From: the human T2T-CHM13v2.0 reference genome, Homo sapiens | Length of the DNA: 64,000 bases | NCBI RefSeq assembly: GCF_009914755.1 | Contig: NC_060933.1 | Direction: 5' to 3' (one strand) | In this document: positions 15,082-31,101 of the stretch, piece after piece | Numbering within the stretch: position 1 is the first letter of the stretch | How the letters are laid out: each line of letters begins with the position of its first letter | Translations under genes and position numbers: made by a program | Notes under the pieces: model-generated | Database searches by the model: none | What the model was told of the DNA's origin: nothing | The model's input: the letters and a program-made list of their open reading frames with translations, nothing else

Positions 15082-16559
15082 CCTGGATAAAAAACTTTTT
15101 CCAGATCTATGATTTGAAAATATTCTCTCCTAGTCTGTGGCATGACTTTTCATTTTCTTAATGGTATCTTTTACCAGGCAAAAGATTTGAGTTCTGATTA
15201 AGTCCAAATTTGCCAATTTTTTCTTTTATGTATCATGCTTTTGGCACTGTGAGATACACGTGGAGGTTCCTTTTCTTGCAATATGGACATCCAATTGTTC
15301 CAGCACTCTTCATTGAAAAGACTACCCTTTCTCCACTGAATTGCCTTTGTACCTTTAAAAAAAGAATTTATTTGGCTTTTCTTGTGCGGGTCTATTTTTG
15401 GGCTCTCTCTTTTGTTCCACTGATCTATTTGTCTGCCCTTTTGCTAATACCACACTGGAGCTTTATGGTAAGTCTTGAAATTAGGCAGTGTGAGCCTGCC
15501 AACTTTATTCTTTTTCATATGACTATTATAATTTTTTGTACCTCAATATAAAATTTATAATCAGTTTCTAGATCTCTACAAAAAGAGCTTGCTGGGATTT
15601 TGACTGGGATTACATTTAATCTGTAGATCAAATTGCAGAGAATTGGTATCTTCATAATCACAAGCCTTCCATCTCTTCATTTATTTAAGCTTCTTTATCA
15701 GTGTTTTGTAGTTTTTGACCTTTTGATTCCACACATATTAGATTTATACCTAAGTATTACATTATATTCCATATAATACATTTTCACATAACTTCAATTT
15801 CATACATGTTAAATGTATTATATTTTTAAAATTTCAAATTAAAAACATTCTAAATGTCCTAATGCTAAATGTTTATTACTACTGTAGAGAAATACAGCTG
15901 ACTTCTGGATATTGACCTGTATTGTATCCTGAGACTTTGCTGGACTCACTTATTCATCCTAAGAGCTTTTGTGTAGATTCTTTGCAGTTTTCTATGTGGA
16001 CAGTCATGTCATCTAAGAACAGATATAGTTTTGTTTCTTCCTTTCCCATCTGTATGCCTTTTATTTTTCTTGCCTTATTGTACTAGCCATAGTATTTGGT
16101 ACAAAGTTGACAGTTGGAGGTAAGAGACAACATCCTTGTTCCCAGTCTTAGGAGGAAAACAATCCTTAACCATCAAGTATAATCCTGGCTATATGTGTTT
16201 TATGTCAGATTCAGGAGGTTTCCCTCAATTCCTAGTTTGTTGAGAGTTTTAATGATGAATGGATTTTAAATTTTGTTAAGTGCTTTTTCTGCATATTCTT
16301 TAGTCTGTTCATATGGTGAAGGCTAATGATTGATTTTATAATGGTGAACCAGATTTGCCTTCCTGGGATGAACCCCACTTGGTCAGAAGGTATTATACTT
16401 TGTATTTAATCATGGGATTAGATTTGCTCATATTTTGTGAAGGATTTTTATATTTATATTCATGAGGGCTACTGGTCTGTCATTTTTCTTTTCATGTTAG
16501 TCATAAAAATGCATCCTTGTTCCCAATCTTAGGAGAAAAGAAAATCTTAGGGATTTTCT

Positions 16560-17780
16560 ATAATAATATAATAACATAGGGGTCAATTCTCCAAGACATG
16601 CAATCCTAAATGTGTACACAGCTCGTGAGGCAAAAACCAACAGAACTGAAAGGAGAAATAGACCAAACTGCAGTTATAGTTGGACACTTTAAAATTCCTC
16701 TCTCAGTAATTAGTAGAACAAGTAGAGAGAAAATCAGTAAGAATATAGAAGACATGAACAACAGTAACAACCAACTAGACTTAATTATACATTTATGGAC
16801 ATTTATAGAACTCCTCTCCCCCAACAATAACAACAGAATGCACTTTCTTTCCAGTTGCCTATGAGAAATTCACCAAAAGAGATCACATTCTAGGGCACAA
16901 AATAGACCTCAAAACATTTAAAGGGATAGAACTAGAAACAGAACTATAATCAAATTAAACTGAAATCCCCAAAAACAGAAAGATTTCTGGAAAACTAACA
17001 AATAATTGAAAAATAAACAATACATTTCTAAATAATCAATGGGCCAAAGAGGAAATCTCAAGAGAAGGGGAAAATATTTTGAATGGAATTAAAATTAAAA
17101 TATATCAAAATTTGTGGGATGTAGAAAAAGCATCACATAGAGGTAAATTTATAGCATTAAATATCTGTATTAGAAAAAAAGAAAGATCTCTAAACTGTAA
17201 TCTAAGCTTCCACCATAAGGAACTAGAGAAAGAAGATAAAACCCAAAGGAAGTAGAGGGAAAGAAATTATAGATAAGAGCAGAAATCAATGAAATTGAAA
17301 ACAGAAAAATAGAGAAAATCAATAAAACCAAAGTTGGTTCTTTGAAAACATCAATAAAATTGATAAACTTCTAGCCAAACTGATTAAGAAAAAAAGAGAG
17401 AAGTCACAAATTACCAATAGAGGAATGAAAAAGGAGACATTCCTACTGATCCTATGTAATAAAATAGTAATAGATACATACTACTAACAACTGTATATCC
17501 ATAAATTCAACAACTTAGATAAAAGGGAATAATTCCTTGAAAGATACAAAGTACAAAAACTCACCCAAGTAGAAATAGAACACCTGAATAGTCCTATATC
17601 TATTAATGAAATTCATTCTGTAAGTTAAAACCTTCCAAAAGAGAAAACGGCAGGCCCAAATGGTTTCCCTGGCAAATTTTATCAAACATCTAAGGAAAAG
17701 GTAATAAGAATTCTACACAGTATCTTCTAGAAAACTAGAAGAGGAGACAATACTTCCCAATTCATTTTATGAGCCAACGT
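16560..17780 (+). mobile_element. L1 ORF2 remnant (endonuclease to Z-domain), opposite orientation to its flanks
   Basis: ORF 16610..16864 (TELKGEIDQTAVIVGHFKIPLSVISRTSREKI) is endonuclease-like; ends at the pnsFYEA region (cccaattcattttatgagcc). Confidence 0.85.
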
Positions 17781-20700
17781 GACAGTTTTTTCTTTCAGTA
17801 CTTTAAAGATGTCACAACACTGTCTTTGATTTGCATGATTTCTGACAAAAAGTCTGCTGTAATTCCTATTTTTGTTTCTCTGTATGTAATTTCTTTCAAG
17901 AAAAGGCTGCCTTCAAGATTTTCTCTTTGGCTTGTTTTCAGTAGTTTAAACATAATATGGAGGGGTACATTCTTTTTGGTATTTACCCTATTGAGCATTC
18001 TGTGAACTTCCTGGATCTGTGGTTTGGCATCTGTCATTAATTTGAGAAAATTCTCAACCATTATTTCTTTTCATTTTTTAAGCATTATTTCTTTACATAT
18101 TCCTTCTGCCCCACCTCTCTCTCTTCCTGTAGGGATTCCAATTACCTCTATGCTGTGGCATTTGATATCATGCCATGACTACTGAGTACTGATGTTTTAT
18201 ATGTGTTTCTTCTTTCTTCTCTTGTGATTCAGTTGGGGTAAACTCTACTGACCTAACTTCAAGTTCACTGACTCTTTCCCTGGCGGCCTCAAGTCTACTG
18301 AGGTGCCTGTCAAAGGTATTTCTCAACTCCATTACTGTTTTATTTCTAACATTTCCATTGGGTTCTTTCTTATAGTTTCCATCTCTCTACTAAAATAGTT
18401 ACCCATATGATCTTGCATGTTGTTTATACCTTCTATTAGGACCTTTAACATATTAATCACAGTTATTTAAAATTCCCTGTCAAATATTCTAACACCTTTG
18501 TCAGATCTGATTATCATGATTGCTTCATTTCTAAGGAGTGTGGTTTTTCTTGACTTTTTGTATGTCTTGTAAATTTTGCTAAAAATTGGACATATTATAT
18601 AGTAGAGTATAGACTAAGATTTCTAAGCATAAATGGATATATCTTTCTTCCTACTAAGCCTTTAATGCTCCTTCTAGCTGATTATATGCCTGAGTGGAAA
18701 AAGAAGACCCTCCCTGAGGTTTTGAAAGACTTGCCAAAAAGCTGGCTATACTACTAATAAATTCTCTCTTTTCTCTGCTCTTTCCATGAAGACAGACAAT
18801 CCCAAATAGAATCTCTGATAAAGCAGGAGATAATTAGTATATCCCCACAGATCTATTCCAGCCAAAAGCAAAGAAACATGATACTCTGGACCATATGGGC
18901 AACATACTGGGGAAGAGGTGGGTAAATATAAGATTATTTGGGATTCTGTGAAATATTTGAATTGTTCTCAATATCCGTTGAGTGGTAGGCTGATTGTGTT
19001 AATGACATCATCTCTACCCCTCCCTCTGTATGTAGTTCTGTGTGCTCTCCTGCCACAGGCATACTAACTTGCTTAAACAACCTGATTGGCTTTCAACCCA
19101 TGCCTTCAGCCACTGCCCTGAGAACATGTCCAAGCTTGCTGTAGACACATGTGGCTCAGTTGTCCTGGCCACCTCAGCCACCAGCCAGGTGAGTGATCCT
19201 GCAGACCAGAGAACTGCCCACATAAGTCCAGATTAAACTGCTGACCCACAGACACACAAGCAGCTAAGTAATGTTTTTGTTTGAAATGACTGAGCTTTAA
19301 GGTAGGAATAGAAAGCTGATATATCTAGTAGGCCTTTAGGCCTCCAGAGATCTGGGAAGTATTGGTGCACACTCTAACGCCACCTATGCTGTGTCTCTTG
19401 GAACTCATATCACACTGATTCACGGCCCTGCTAGATGCCATGCCTTGTGGATATTCCACCATTACAGCGAGTTATTTTAAGCAAAGTACAAAAACCAGAT
19501 TGAGGAGGCTCATATGTTGAATACTAACTTCTAATTTTTACTAAGGTTATCTTTGAAAAAGCACTTCATGTCTCTATCTTGCTGCTGGGATAGAAAGCCC
19601 ACTTCTGTGTCCTTTGATTTAAGACTGTGGTTTCTATGAGCCCCGGACTGGGCTGGTTCCAACAGATGCTCTGGCAGGAATAACATTCCCCAGACCCTCC
19701 CGAGAGCCTCATTCAGGTATGCTGGGGTGGAGCCCAGAAACCTGAATTTTTAGATAGCTCCTCAAGATCATAACATACTATTAACATTATGTTATAAATG
19801 TCAGATGATCATTGAAATGGATGGTTTCCCCAGTTTACTGCTTCCTGAATGCATCTTTTGATACAATCTCCTTTCATGAGAATATACTTATATATAATGT
19901 ATGATCAATACATCAAAATAATAGTTCATATAATAGAGAATAGTTAATATAATTTATAACTTGGAAATGCCTTATTTCCAATAAAAATTAAAGGAAGCTA
20001 ACATATAACACATCCAATAAGACCATCAGAATAGAAACAAAATTTTAGACAAGAAACACTATATCAAAGCCTCAAAACAGTAGGCTTCATGAGTAGCTGA
20101 GTTTCCTAGTAGCAAAGGCAAAGAAAGAAATACAATAATTCTAAAAATTCTTACTATCTGATAAAATAAAATATATCAAAGTATCAGTAGAGACTTTTTT
20201 CCTCACAGCCGAATTATAAAAGGAACTTAATCATATAGGACGTATTACACAAATTATTTTGAAGATAAAAAAATGGAAAATAAGCAAATGTGTAGGGAGA
20301 AAATCTTTTTGGAGCTATACTGTGAAAGGAATCTAATTATATAGGTCCTATTGCACAAGGGATCTTGAGTAACAAAAAGAGTTGTGTAACCAAGAGTGGC
20401 TGGGCAGAAAATGACTATTTCTCATACAGTACATGTACATCCTGGGAGCATAAATCTCTGGAGGCGCTTCTTTGGTGGGCAAAGGTCCATGGATGAGGGA
20501 GGCTTTCTGTGTTTGGACTTTTCTCACTGAAGGAAGCTTATGACATCTAAGAACTATGAAGAGTGGGGTTTTGCCTGGACATAGAGTCCCCTCAGAGGAG
20601 GAAAGGGTTATGCTGCACTACTGGGGAGTCACTTGGTGGAGGAGCCAGCTCACACTCACGACTAGGAACCCGCACTCTGGGGGCTCACCCAGAAATCAAC

Positions 20701-21679
20701 CAAGGCAAAGAGGTTCAGGAGGCAGAGGCAGAGTCTGAAGACACTAAAAAACTTCTTGTTCCAGGAAGGCATCTAGGTTTTCTTGCTTACTGCATTATCT
20801 GTAGATGCTAACAATGTGGTGACTGTTCTCTGGCTGCATTAATGGAAGCACAGTGCCCAGAAGCAGGGAGACAAGGTCCCGGCTCTGTCCTGCTCATGTC
20901 CTTCCTTCAGCTCCTCCCTTAGGCCACGCTGTCACCTCTGGAGTGCTACACAAGTTGTTCCCTCACACCAGAACAGTTGCACCAACACCCCTGGCCCACC
21001 CACACCCCTTTTACCTGGCTCCATTCTCATCCTTCAGATCCCCATCCAGATGGCCCTGATGCCCTCAAACCTGGGTAGGGCCCCCCACCTGTGCCCCTAC
21101 AGCATCCTTCCTGCTCCACAACAACCCCTATCACACTGAGCTGTGACTGCCTGTGTCCTTAGAGCGGTTGCCAAATTTCCCAGTTCACAGTTGGATCCTT
21201 ACTGTTAGCTGTGCCAGGCACAGAGCAGATGCTCCCAGGATGTATACAGTGGATGAATAAGGTTGAAGGACAACAAAGACCACTAAGAACGCTGTCAACA
21301 GGAACAGCCAACACGGACATGAGCTTATCCTGTGCCAGGCCCTGTTCTAAATGCTGAGGTGTGGGGCTGAGAGCTGAACCCAGGCAGGTTGCTCCTCAAC
21401 TCATGCTCTTAAACCATTCATCCTCATCAATGAACAAATGTGTGCAGTGTGAGGCTGGGTGACCTGTGGGACTGCAGGAAGTGGGTGTGTACCCTGCCAC
21501 TGTGCAGCAGCCCAGTGCCCCTCAAACCTGGAGATGTGAGGGGAGGTAAACGCCTGGTGCGGAGGACCATTTCAGCCCTTCTCATGCAGCCCAGGAGTGG
21601 CTGGCTGGAAGGGGCCTGTCTTTAGTCCTGTCCCATGACTAAGGCACTGCCCATGCTTCCCGGCAAGTGGCCCATGTTA

Positions 21680-21940
<261 letters not shown>

Positions 21941-22418
21941 TTACTCCAACACAAGGGTGGTGGACTGTCGTGTGATGATTGGGTTGGAGCCAGTCTCCCA
22001 GACTCCCTTCCCCATGTGGCTCCAGGACAGGACTGACCACAGGAGAATTCTGCAGGAGAACCAGGAGGTAGATGTTTAGGCAGCAGGCTCTGTGCTGCGA
22101 AGGCGTAATGGTAAGAGGTGGGAAGCAGCAGCAAAGGCAAAACCCAGTCCATCCTCGCTTTCCCCGTGCCACAGCCAGCTTGTGCCGGCCCCCACCAGGC
22201 ACAGATGCAACACCCTGCACTCGATGCCCACAGAAGCCCCTCTGCAGAGCCGGCCAGCAGCTGCACAGACCGTCTTGTCTGGCTGCACCAGGGCTTCAGG
22301 AGGGCTAGTGAGTGATTGGTCCCTCACCCTTTGACTCTCCCTTTATGTGGCCACCTACTCTCACGACTGAGTCAATAAATTCCCAATTCCATAATGCTCA
22401 GAGTGCTCTGCTTCCTGA

Positions 22419-22860
<442 letters not shown>

Positions 22861-23279
22861 CTAACATTTATAGAGGATTTACTATGTGCCAGGCGCTGCT
22901 GTAAGTATTTCACATGTTTAAACAGAGCCATTCTGGAGGGCAAAACATATCAAAAACCTCAAAAATAGGCATACTCACAAACTCAGCCACCCTGATTCCA
23001 GCAAATTTAAATAAATGAAATCACTGAACATACAGGTGAATATGGAGGCATGAAGGTATTACGTAGGGAGGTATTACCTATAAAAAGCAAAAATCTAGGA
23101 ACAGCCTCAGTGTTCAACACAGGGAATTGGTTAAATGAACTGTGATGCCTCATACAAATGGAATACTGTTTGATTATTAAACAAGGTGCTGTAGATATAT
23201 ATGTATCAACATAAAAAGGTGCTCACAATCTAGCAATGTGAGGAAAAAGAAAAAAGCAAGTTACAGAGCAGTTTATAGT

Positions 23280-23520
23280 TTAGAAAGGCACGTGGTTCCA
23301 AGAACAGGCTCTGAAGTGAGACTGCCTGGGTTTGGATCCTGGCTCTGCCAACTAATAGCTATTTGACCCCGGACGAGTTATCTAACTGTCCTTAGCCCCA
23401 ATCCCTCATCTGTAAAACAGAGGTGGTAACTTCACTGCCTGCTGGGGCACTGAAGGAGATAATTCATTCGAAGGGCTTGGCACGCTACTTGACAAATATT
23501 AAGTGCTCCATAAATTATTG
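23280..23520 (+). mobile_element. MIR
   Basis: MIR core (gactgcctgggtttggatcctggctctgcca...cctcatctgtaaaacagagg). Confidence 0.7.
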
Positions 23521-23674
23521 TGCCTTTTTATAAATATTCATAATCTATAGAAAAACACTTTCCAAATATATATATGAAAATGGTAATGATGATCTGTAGT
23601 GGGTGAGATTATACTTTGTTTTAGTCTCTTGGCTCATCTGGTCTTAAAGCTTTTTCCACTAGAAGCAGGGTGGC

Positions 23675-24021
23675 TGATATGGTTTGGCTGTGTCCCCACC
23701 CAAATCTCATCTTGAATTTCCCACAATTCCCGCATCATGGGAGGGACCTGATGGAGGTAATTGAATCATGGGGGCGGGTCTCTCCTGTGCTGTTCCCATG
23801 ATAGTGAATAACTCTCATGAGATCTGATGGTTTTATAATGAGGAGTTTCCCTGCACAAGCTCTCTCTTGCCCTGTGCCACGTAAGATGTGCCTTTCAGCT
23901 TCTGCATGATTGTGAGGCCTCCTCAGCCTGTGGAATTGTGAGTCCATTAAACCTCTTTTTCTTTAGAAGTTACCCAGTCTCGGGTATGTCTTTATTAGCA
24001 GCGTGAGAACAGACTAATACA
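23675..24021 (+). mobile_element. THE1 (MaLR) solo LTR, 347 bp
   Basis: Starts tgatatggtttggctgtgtccccacccaaatctcatcttgaa and ends agaacagactaataca; perfect 5-bp TSD GTGGC (23670-23674 and 24022-24026). Confidence 0.93.
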
Positions 24022-24538
24022 GTGGCCTTCCTGCAAAGCTGGTTTTGGTTAATCCTGGATGACCTTAGGGAGGACTAGAAAGTATGCTGCAAGCCCATAA
24101 TAACTTTGGGGCACTCTGCTTTGAGATCTAATTGCCACCAACTTGCTGTGTGACCCTAAGCAAATCTCTTGCCCATTGTGAACTTCGGTTTCATCTGCTC
24201 AATGAAGGGGCAGAATGAGAAGCTCTCCAGGGTCTAACCTTCAGAGATTTTAAACACCATGAAAACATCATGCACTTCCCTTAATCTCTTGTAAAATTTT
24301 ACAAGAAAAAAAAAAGCATTCTGGACTTTATCTTCCTCCATCTCCATCCATCTGCATCCCCAAGAAAATGTGTAAAACTCTGAATTGGGAATTCACTGAA
24401 AAATCTCTTAGCCACATTAAGGAGAAAGTGCCTCTTGCGTGGTCATTTCTGCGACTGTCTGCAACCTGAATATCCAGGCAGTGCACACCCTCAGTCCCAA
24501 GGGATCACCCCACCTCCCTGAGTGGCCCTGCCCAGCTA

Positions 24539-24694
<156 letters not shown>

Positions 24695-25691
24695 CTACAA
24701 GAATAAGGCAGGTGCAGCACTTAGGGAGGCTGCTCCTCCCTCCAGCCGTGCAGGATCACAGTGTGGGGGTTCCTGTGCTCAGCTGGTGCATACCCCACCA
24801 AAGCTCGCTGTGCCCAGCATGGCCCTGCCAGGGCCCAGCTGGGGAGTCCCTGAGGGATGGAGCTTGCTTCTATGTGCTGACAACTTGCCCATTAGCTCAG
24901 TGAATCCACGTCACATCATTTCCCATGGGCCACCTTGCTTTCAGTCTCATTCAACTCCAGGGCCTTCCAGGAAAAAACCTGACCATGTTATTCACTGACA
25001 ACCCACGGAGGCCTCAGCACATCCAGGACAAAATCCAGCCCCCTCAGCACCGCCGGGCACAGTGACCAGCACCCCAGCTCCAAGCCTGCTTCCGTGATGC
25101 TGCCTCTGTTGGTCCCTCAGCCTGAAATGGATCTTCTCCTCCCCACATCCTTTATGGTGTCTTTCCTGGCCCCATTGTCCCTGGTGCCAGTGCTCCTGGT
25201 CACGTCCTCTCCACCCTGACCTCACTCCACCCTCTGCTTCGCTTGCTCTGCTCCAGGCACACCAACCTCCTTTGGGTTTCCTGCTGATCTTTTTTGTGCC
25301 TTGGGGCCTTTGCCCAGGCAGTCTGTTCTACATGGACCCGGCGGCTCCCCCCCATCCTTACCCCACTCCTCCCACAGCGGCTCCTCCCGGTCCTTGGCTC
25401 TCAGGTCTCGGAGGCCTTCACTGCCTAAGCGGTATAATATGGGCTCTGGTCTAGGGTGGGCTCCCGTGTAGGGCAGGCTCCTCAACACACGGCTGTGATC
25501 CCTTCCAGCACCCTCTTCGCTTACACTGTAACTCTTACCATGGCTTGTGAGTGTACATTTACTGCGGTTGCCTGTGTGTATGATGCCCCAGTGGACTGCC
25601 AGCTCCATGGGGACTTGGTTCTCTGCTATATGCCTAGTACCCAGCTCTGGCCTCGGCACAAAGAAGGCACTCGGTAGATGTGATTAAAGGT

Positions 25692-26172
25692 TGCAGTGGG
25701 CTGAATTGCAGCCGCCAAAAAGATACACAGTGTCCTAATTCCCAGAACCTTTGACTGTTACCTTATGAGGCATGAGAATGAGGATGAGCTTATATGTGCT
25801 TACCTAAGATGTGCCCAAGTCAAGGATTTTGAGAGGAGGAGCTTATCCTGGATTATCCAGGTGGGCTCTAAATGCAATCACATGTATCTTTATAAGAGAA
25901 AAGGCAGAGGGAATTTTGACAAACGAGGAAGCAATGTGACCACGGAGGCCGAGACTGGAGTGATGCAGCCACAAGCCAAGCGAAGCCTAGAATCAAGAGA
26001 AGCTGTCAGAGGAAAGAAAGGATCTCCCCGGAGCCTCCCGAGGGAGCAGGGCCCTGCTGACACCTTGATTTCAGACTTTCTGCCTGCAGGACTGTGAGAG
26101 AATACATTTCTGTTGTTTTAAGCCATGCAGTTTGTGGTGACTTGTTACAGCAGCCATAGGACACCAAAACGA
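25692..26172 (+). mobile_element. MLT1 (B/C-like) MaLR LTR
   Basis: cctggattatccaggtgggctctaaatgcaatcaca...gactgtgagagaatacatttctgttgttttaagcca. Confidence 0.8.
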
Positions 26173-26193
26173 AGGTCCTCTTGTTGGTCCTCT

Positions 26194-26296
26194 ACTGTGG
26201 GCACTCCTAAGGGAGAGACAGTGACAGATCCCAGGGCCCTGGCCCCCCACTGTGGGCACTCCTAAGGGAGGGACAGTGACACGATCCCCAGGGCCC
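26194..26296. repeat. Direct duplication, about 55-bp period (actgtgggcactcctaagggag-gacagtgaca-gatcccagggccc, two copies)
   Basis: Copies at 26194-26239 and 26249-26296. Confidence 0.9.
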
Positions 26297-27479
26297 AGAA
26301 TGAGGCCCCTCTGCTGAGTAAGCGAAACAGAACACACTTGCAAAGGCCATAGCTCACGTTCTCTCTCCCTCTACCTGGGACGCTGCTGCCTGCACTCCAC
26401 TGGGGAGAAAACTCTTCCACAGCCTGCAAATCCCAGCTCAGCTGTCGCCTCTTCCTGGAGGCCTCCCGAGTGCCCTACCACACACGGTCACCTCTCTGGC
26501 GCTCCCACACTCCTAACACTGCTCCCTGCCTCATGTTCTGTGCCTGTGTCTTTGCCACCCAGACCACCACCTCTTCTAGGGCAGAATGGGGCTGACTGGG
26601 CTACATGGCAGTGGGATTCAGTTAATGTTCACTGAGCAAATGAAGCAAGTCAAGTTGATGTTCTGTCCCTCTAGGGTTAAATTCTCAAGGAAACACAGCC
26701 ATAGAAGAAGTCTCAGGGATGGGTTCTACAACTCCCCCGTTCCTACCTGATCGAGAATAGTGGACTAAATGCAAACCTGTCCTGCCTGTTTTGAGAGCAT
26801 CTCCAGGCGCCAGGCTCTTGGTCTCCTGCAGGTGATCTCATACTATCATAGCCCTAGGAGGCAGCAGTGAGTGCTGGGGTCAGCCCCATCGTATAGAGAT
26901 AGAGGCCACACGTTTCTCCAATCACCCAGCACATGGCGACAGGGTCAGTCCTGAATCCCTTCGTCTTGCCCATTTGCTGCATCTACCATCTAGATACAGG
27001 TTACACACAGATACCTTCCACACTGATGAGACTGTCAATTTCAGAAACAGACCAAGAGCCACCAAGTTAGAAATCACTACAGTCAAAAGGATAGAAGTCA
27101 TACTCTTGGGCACAAGAAAACACCAGTAGCACACAGAGTTGCCGCTGAGTGTTTGCTCTTGATTATGGTTCACTCACACTTGGCTGGTGATCTTCAGCTA
27201 TTACTCCCACTCCCTGGGTCCCAGTTTCCTCATCTACTAAAAGGAAGGTTGGATTAGATGGATCAGGTCTTCAAACTGTGCTCCTTGGAGATCTAGGGTT
27301 CCAGTGAGGGGACAGATGTTCCCTGCTACCTCAACATTTTAATCTATTTTCCATACTGAGTTGCTCTGTAGGGCTTCATTAGACAAAAGGATATCATCCA
27401 TTCAAAAGAAAAAAAAAGTTGCAACCCCTCTGGATTCGTCGGTTTGAGGTCCCGCTGCCTGGAACACACCATGATCTCA

Positions 27480-27749
<270 letters not shown>

Positions 27750-30035
27750 TTAGACAAGCCCCCAGGAGGGCTCCCAACTCTGCAGGAAAGACTCCATGTT
27801 TTTCCTGCTTCTTGGGGCATGGCACCACCATCCACCCCTCCACCCAAGCCGGGAGCTATGTGGCATCTACAGCTCTCCTCCCAGTAACCGCACAACACCC
27901 ATGTCTGCTCTGCGCCAACACCAGGCTTCTTCTGGATCTCTCCTCACAGCAGCAAGATCAGAATGGGGCAGAGGAGACAGAGCGCCAAGGAGAAGCAGAT
28001 GATGTTGGTGTGCTGTGGGGGAGGCAGGGGAACTGGGAGAACACAGAGGAGGGGTGCCCCTGCTGCACAGTGAAGGCACCTTTGTGGGAACCGAGCTGAG
28101 AACGACAGTTTAAGCTGGGCCAGTGAGGACCAGGAGGTGCATTCCAGACTGAGTGAGGGGCCAGAATATGGAAAGGCCTGGAACCTAGAGGAGCAGGACA
28201 TGGGTGCAGTGCTGCAAGGAGACCAGCATGAGCAGCCATTGGGAGTGAAGAAGGAAGCAGGAGGTGATAAGGGCTAGGGCTCAGCACCACTCTCTTCCCC
28301 AGCCCCCCACATCCCAGCTTGCTCCAGCCACGCCTCCTGCTGCTGACATTTAATTGTAATTTAATTTTTAATTTTGAAAATGTGATTTGGGGGTCAGTAT
28401 AAAATCTACACAGTAATGACTGTTAGATCTTCAAGGAAGTGTTCACAGACCAAGCTCACCTTAATTAAGAAAAATAGTGAACTTTGTGCCAGATGGAGCT
28501 TTGCAGCAACGGGCATCCCACAGCTAAACTCGCCTCGGGAGCCGAGCAGGCGGGCATCTCCACACTGATGGCTGCACATGCCCATCAGCAGGGCAGCCGG
28601 GCCACCCCACCCATTATGGGGGGGCAGGCACACTGGCGCCCTCTACAGGGCATGAGCAGTTGGGGAAGTAGTACACCTCCGGGGTTCCCAGGCTGGCTCT
28701 GTCCTGCTTTTCTGAGTCTCTAAACAAGTGCTGTCCCCTCTTTCCCTCTAGACCACAACAAGCTCATCCAGCAAACGGGGTTGAGTTGGAAACTCACAGC
28801 GACAAATCCACCACCACAAAAGGGTCTTTTCCCTCCCTGGGGTAACAGTCTAAATTGTTGCTATCTTTCTGGAAGCCAATGACATTCACAACCTTTGACC
28901 CAGGAATTCCATTTCTAGGTATTCATCCTGAGCAAATAATCAGGCAAGTGGGGGAAACGAAGGTATAAGGACATTCATCTGAGCTGTTAAAATAACAAAA
29001 AACTAGAAATCCCAGAGTCTGACAGTTCAGTCTTGGATAAAGAGACACGTTCCTACACTAGAATGTTCTAATGTAGCCATTAAATATGATGTGGCTACAT
29101 GGTGTTTTATGACATGGAAAAGATGGTCACAACACATAAATCACAAATAAATTGGATTCAACACAATATGGGAAAGATACTAACAGTGCCAACCTCAGGA
29201 ATATTAAATGAGCTGATACATGCAAAGTGCGATGAATAGTAGCTGGTACTTAGTAAAAGCTATGGTATTTGCTATTATTATATACAACATCATATCATAT
29301 TTATACATGCTAAAAAACTGCTTACAAAAAATACTCAAAAGACATATCCATAAAAATGCCAACCATGGTTATAGTTGGGTGTGTGATCAGGGATGAATTT
29401 ATTTTCCTTCTATATGTTTTACTGCTTCTTCCAAAATTTCTAAAATAGCATTTCTGTCTTCACACCAAAAATAATTATTGCTATTTAATAACATGATCAA
29501 ACGTCAGGCAGCACAAGCCCCCACAGTCAGTGTTCGAGCCATCAATTTACACCTGTTGGGGTGGCAGGGAGCCGTGGGCAGATTGGGTCAGGACCCCTCG
29601 CTGGGCTCTAAAGTTCCTGACACTGCTGATGCCTTTTCTGGGAGCCCCCTCTGCTCCCTTGTCCTCAGCAATACTGCCCTCTGCTGGCTAGTATTAGGGT
29701 CTTAGCGCTAAAGGGACTCAAGTCCAACTTTAACCACTAAGCTCTCATGTCAGAGGAAACAAACGTGAAACCCAGAGAGGGGAGGTAACACATCCAAGTT
29801 CACACCACGGAGCTTATTCTGGGCCAGACACTATGCTAAGAACTTCCTGGGAGTGATCTTGTTTAAAAACCATAACCATGAGGGATACCCGAAGTCAGAG
29901 ACTGCAAACTGTCCCCCAGTATCTACTTTTCACATCTTAGAAATGACACCCCTAATGTTCATTTAGATGGGCACAGGACCACTTGGAACAAAGACTTCAT
30001 TTCCCAGCTTCCCCACTGTGATTTAAGCAGAGTAG

Positions 30036-30477
<442 letters not shown>

Positions 30478-31051
30478 TGAGAAACAGAAACTACACATGG
30501 GGGACCAACAGGCAGAAAGGACTCAAGTCCCTAACTCCAATGAGCCATATACTAGTTCTGGACTTTGTTTACTTGAATGAAGTAGGCTGCTGTCTTATTT
30601 ACACCATTGTTACTTGGGGATTTTCCGTTACTCACAGTTGACCCTAATCCTAATACATCTCTAAGTTACAGATGAGGAAACTGAGGCCTCCCCAGCTGGA
30701 AACATAGCCTCCTCTTTGACTCCTCTCACCCTGGTTCTCCACAGCCCAAATGGTGAGTCTTCATTTCTCATGCTGCCCATCAATTCCTACCCTCAATCCC
30801 CTGCCTCCATGAGAACAGGGCCAGGGCTGACACCCAGCGGGTGAGCACCAGCACAGCCCTCTCCACAGTTTAGAGCTGGCATCTGTTCTGACTCCTCAGT
30901 GCCAGAGCTAAGCCCACTGTTACACATTCTCATCACCAACCCTATCTGTGACCACTACAAAGACAGACAAACACCTACATCCCTCCTTGTAAATCAATCA
31001 ACTGATGATTGCCGGAGACCTAAAATGCTTTTAGAAAAGCCCCACACTCAC

Positions 31052-31101
31052 CATGGTTGTCAATAACGTGTCTTCCTTTTCTCCTCTTGTGCTCCCAGGA
31101 C
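31052..31101 (-). CDS. ANKS6: ANKS6 coding exon 8 (50 nt, c.1568-1617), GPGSTRGEKEDTLLTTM
   Basis: Acceptor tttgtctctcag|G, donor ATG|GTGAGT; phase 1-0 restores the frame. Confidence 0.92.

Noticed and set aside
16606-18061. L1-like ORFs as an active or domesticated retroelement gene
   Set aside because: Short fragments broken by stops and frameshifts
19770-20370. AT-rich stretch resembling a decayed DNA transposon
   Set aside because: I could not identify terminal repeats or a family with confidence
26194-26296. Spaced direct repeats as a CRISPR-like array
   Set aside because: Only two copies, eukaryotic intron, no cas genes; a simple local duplication
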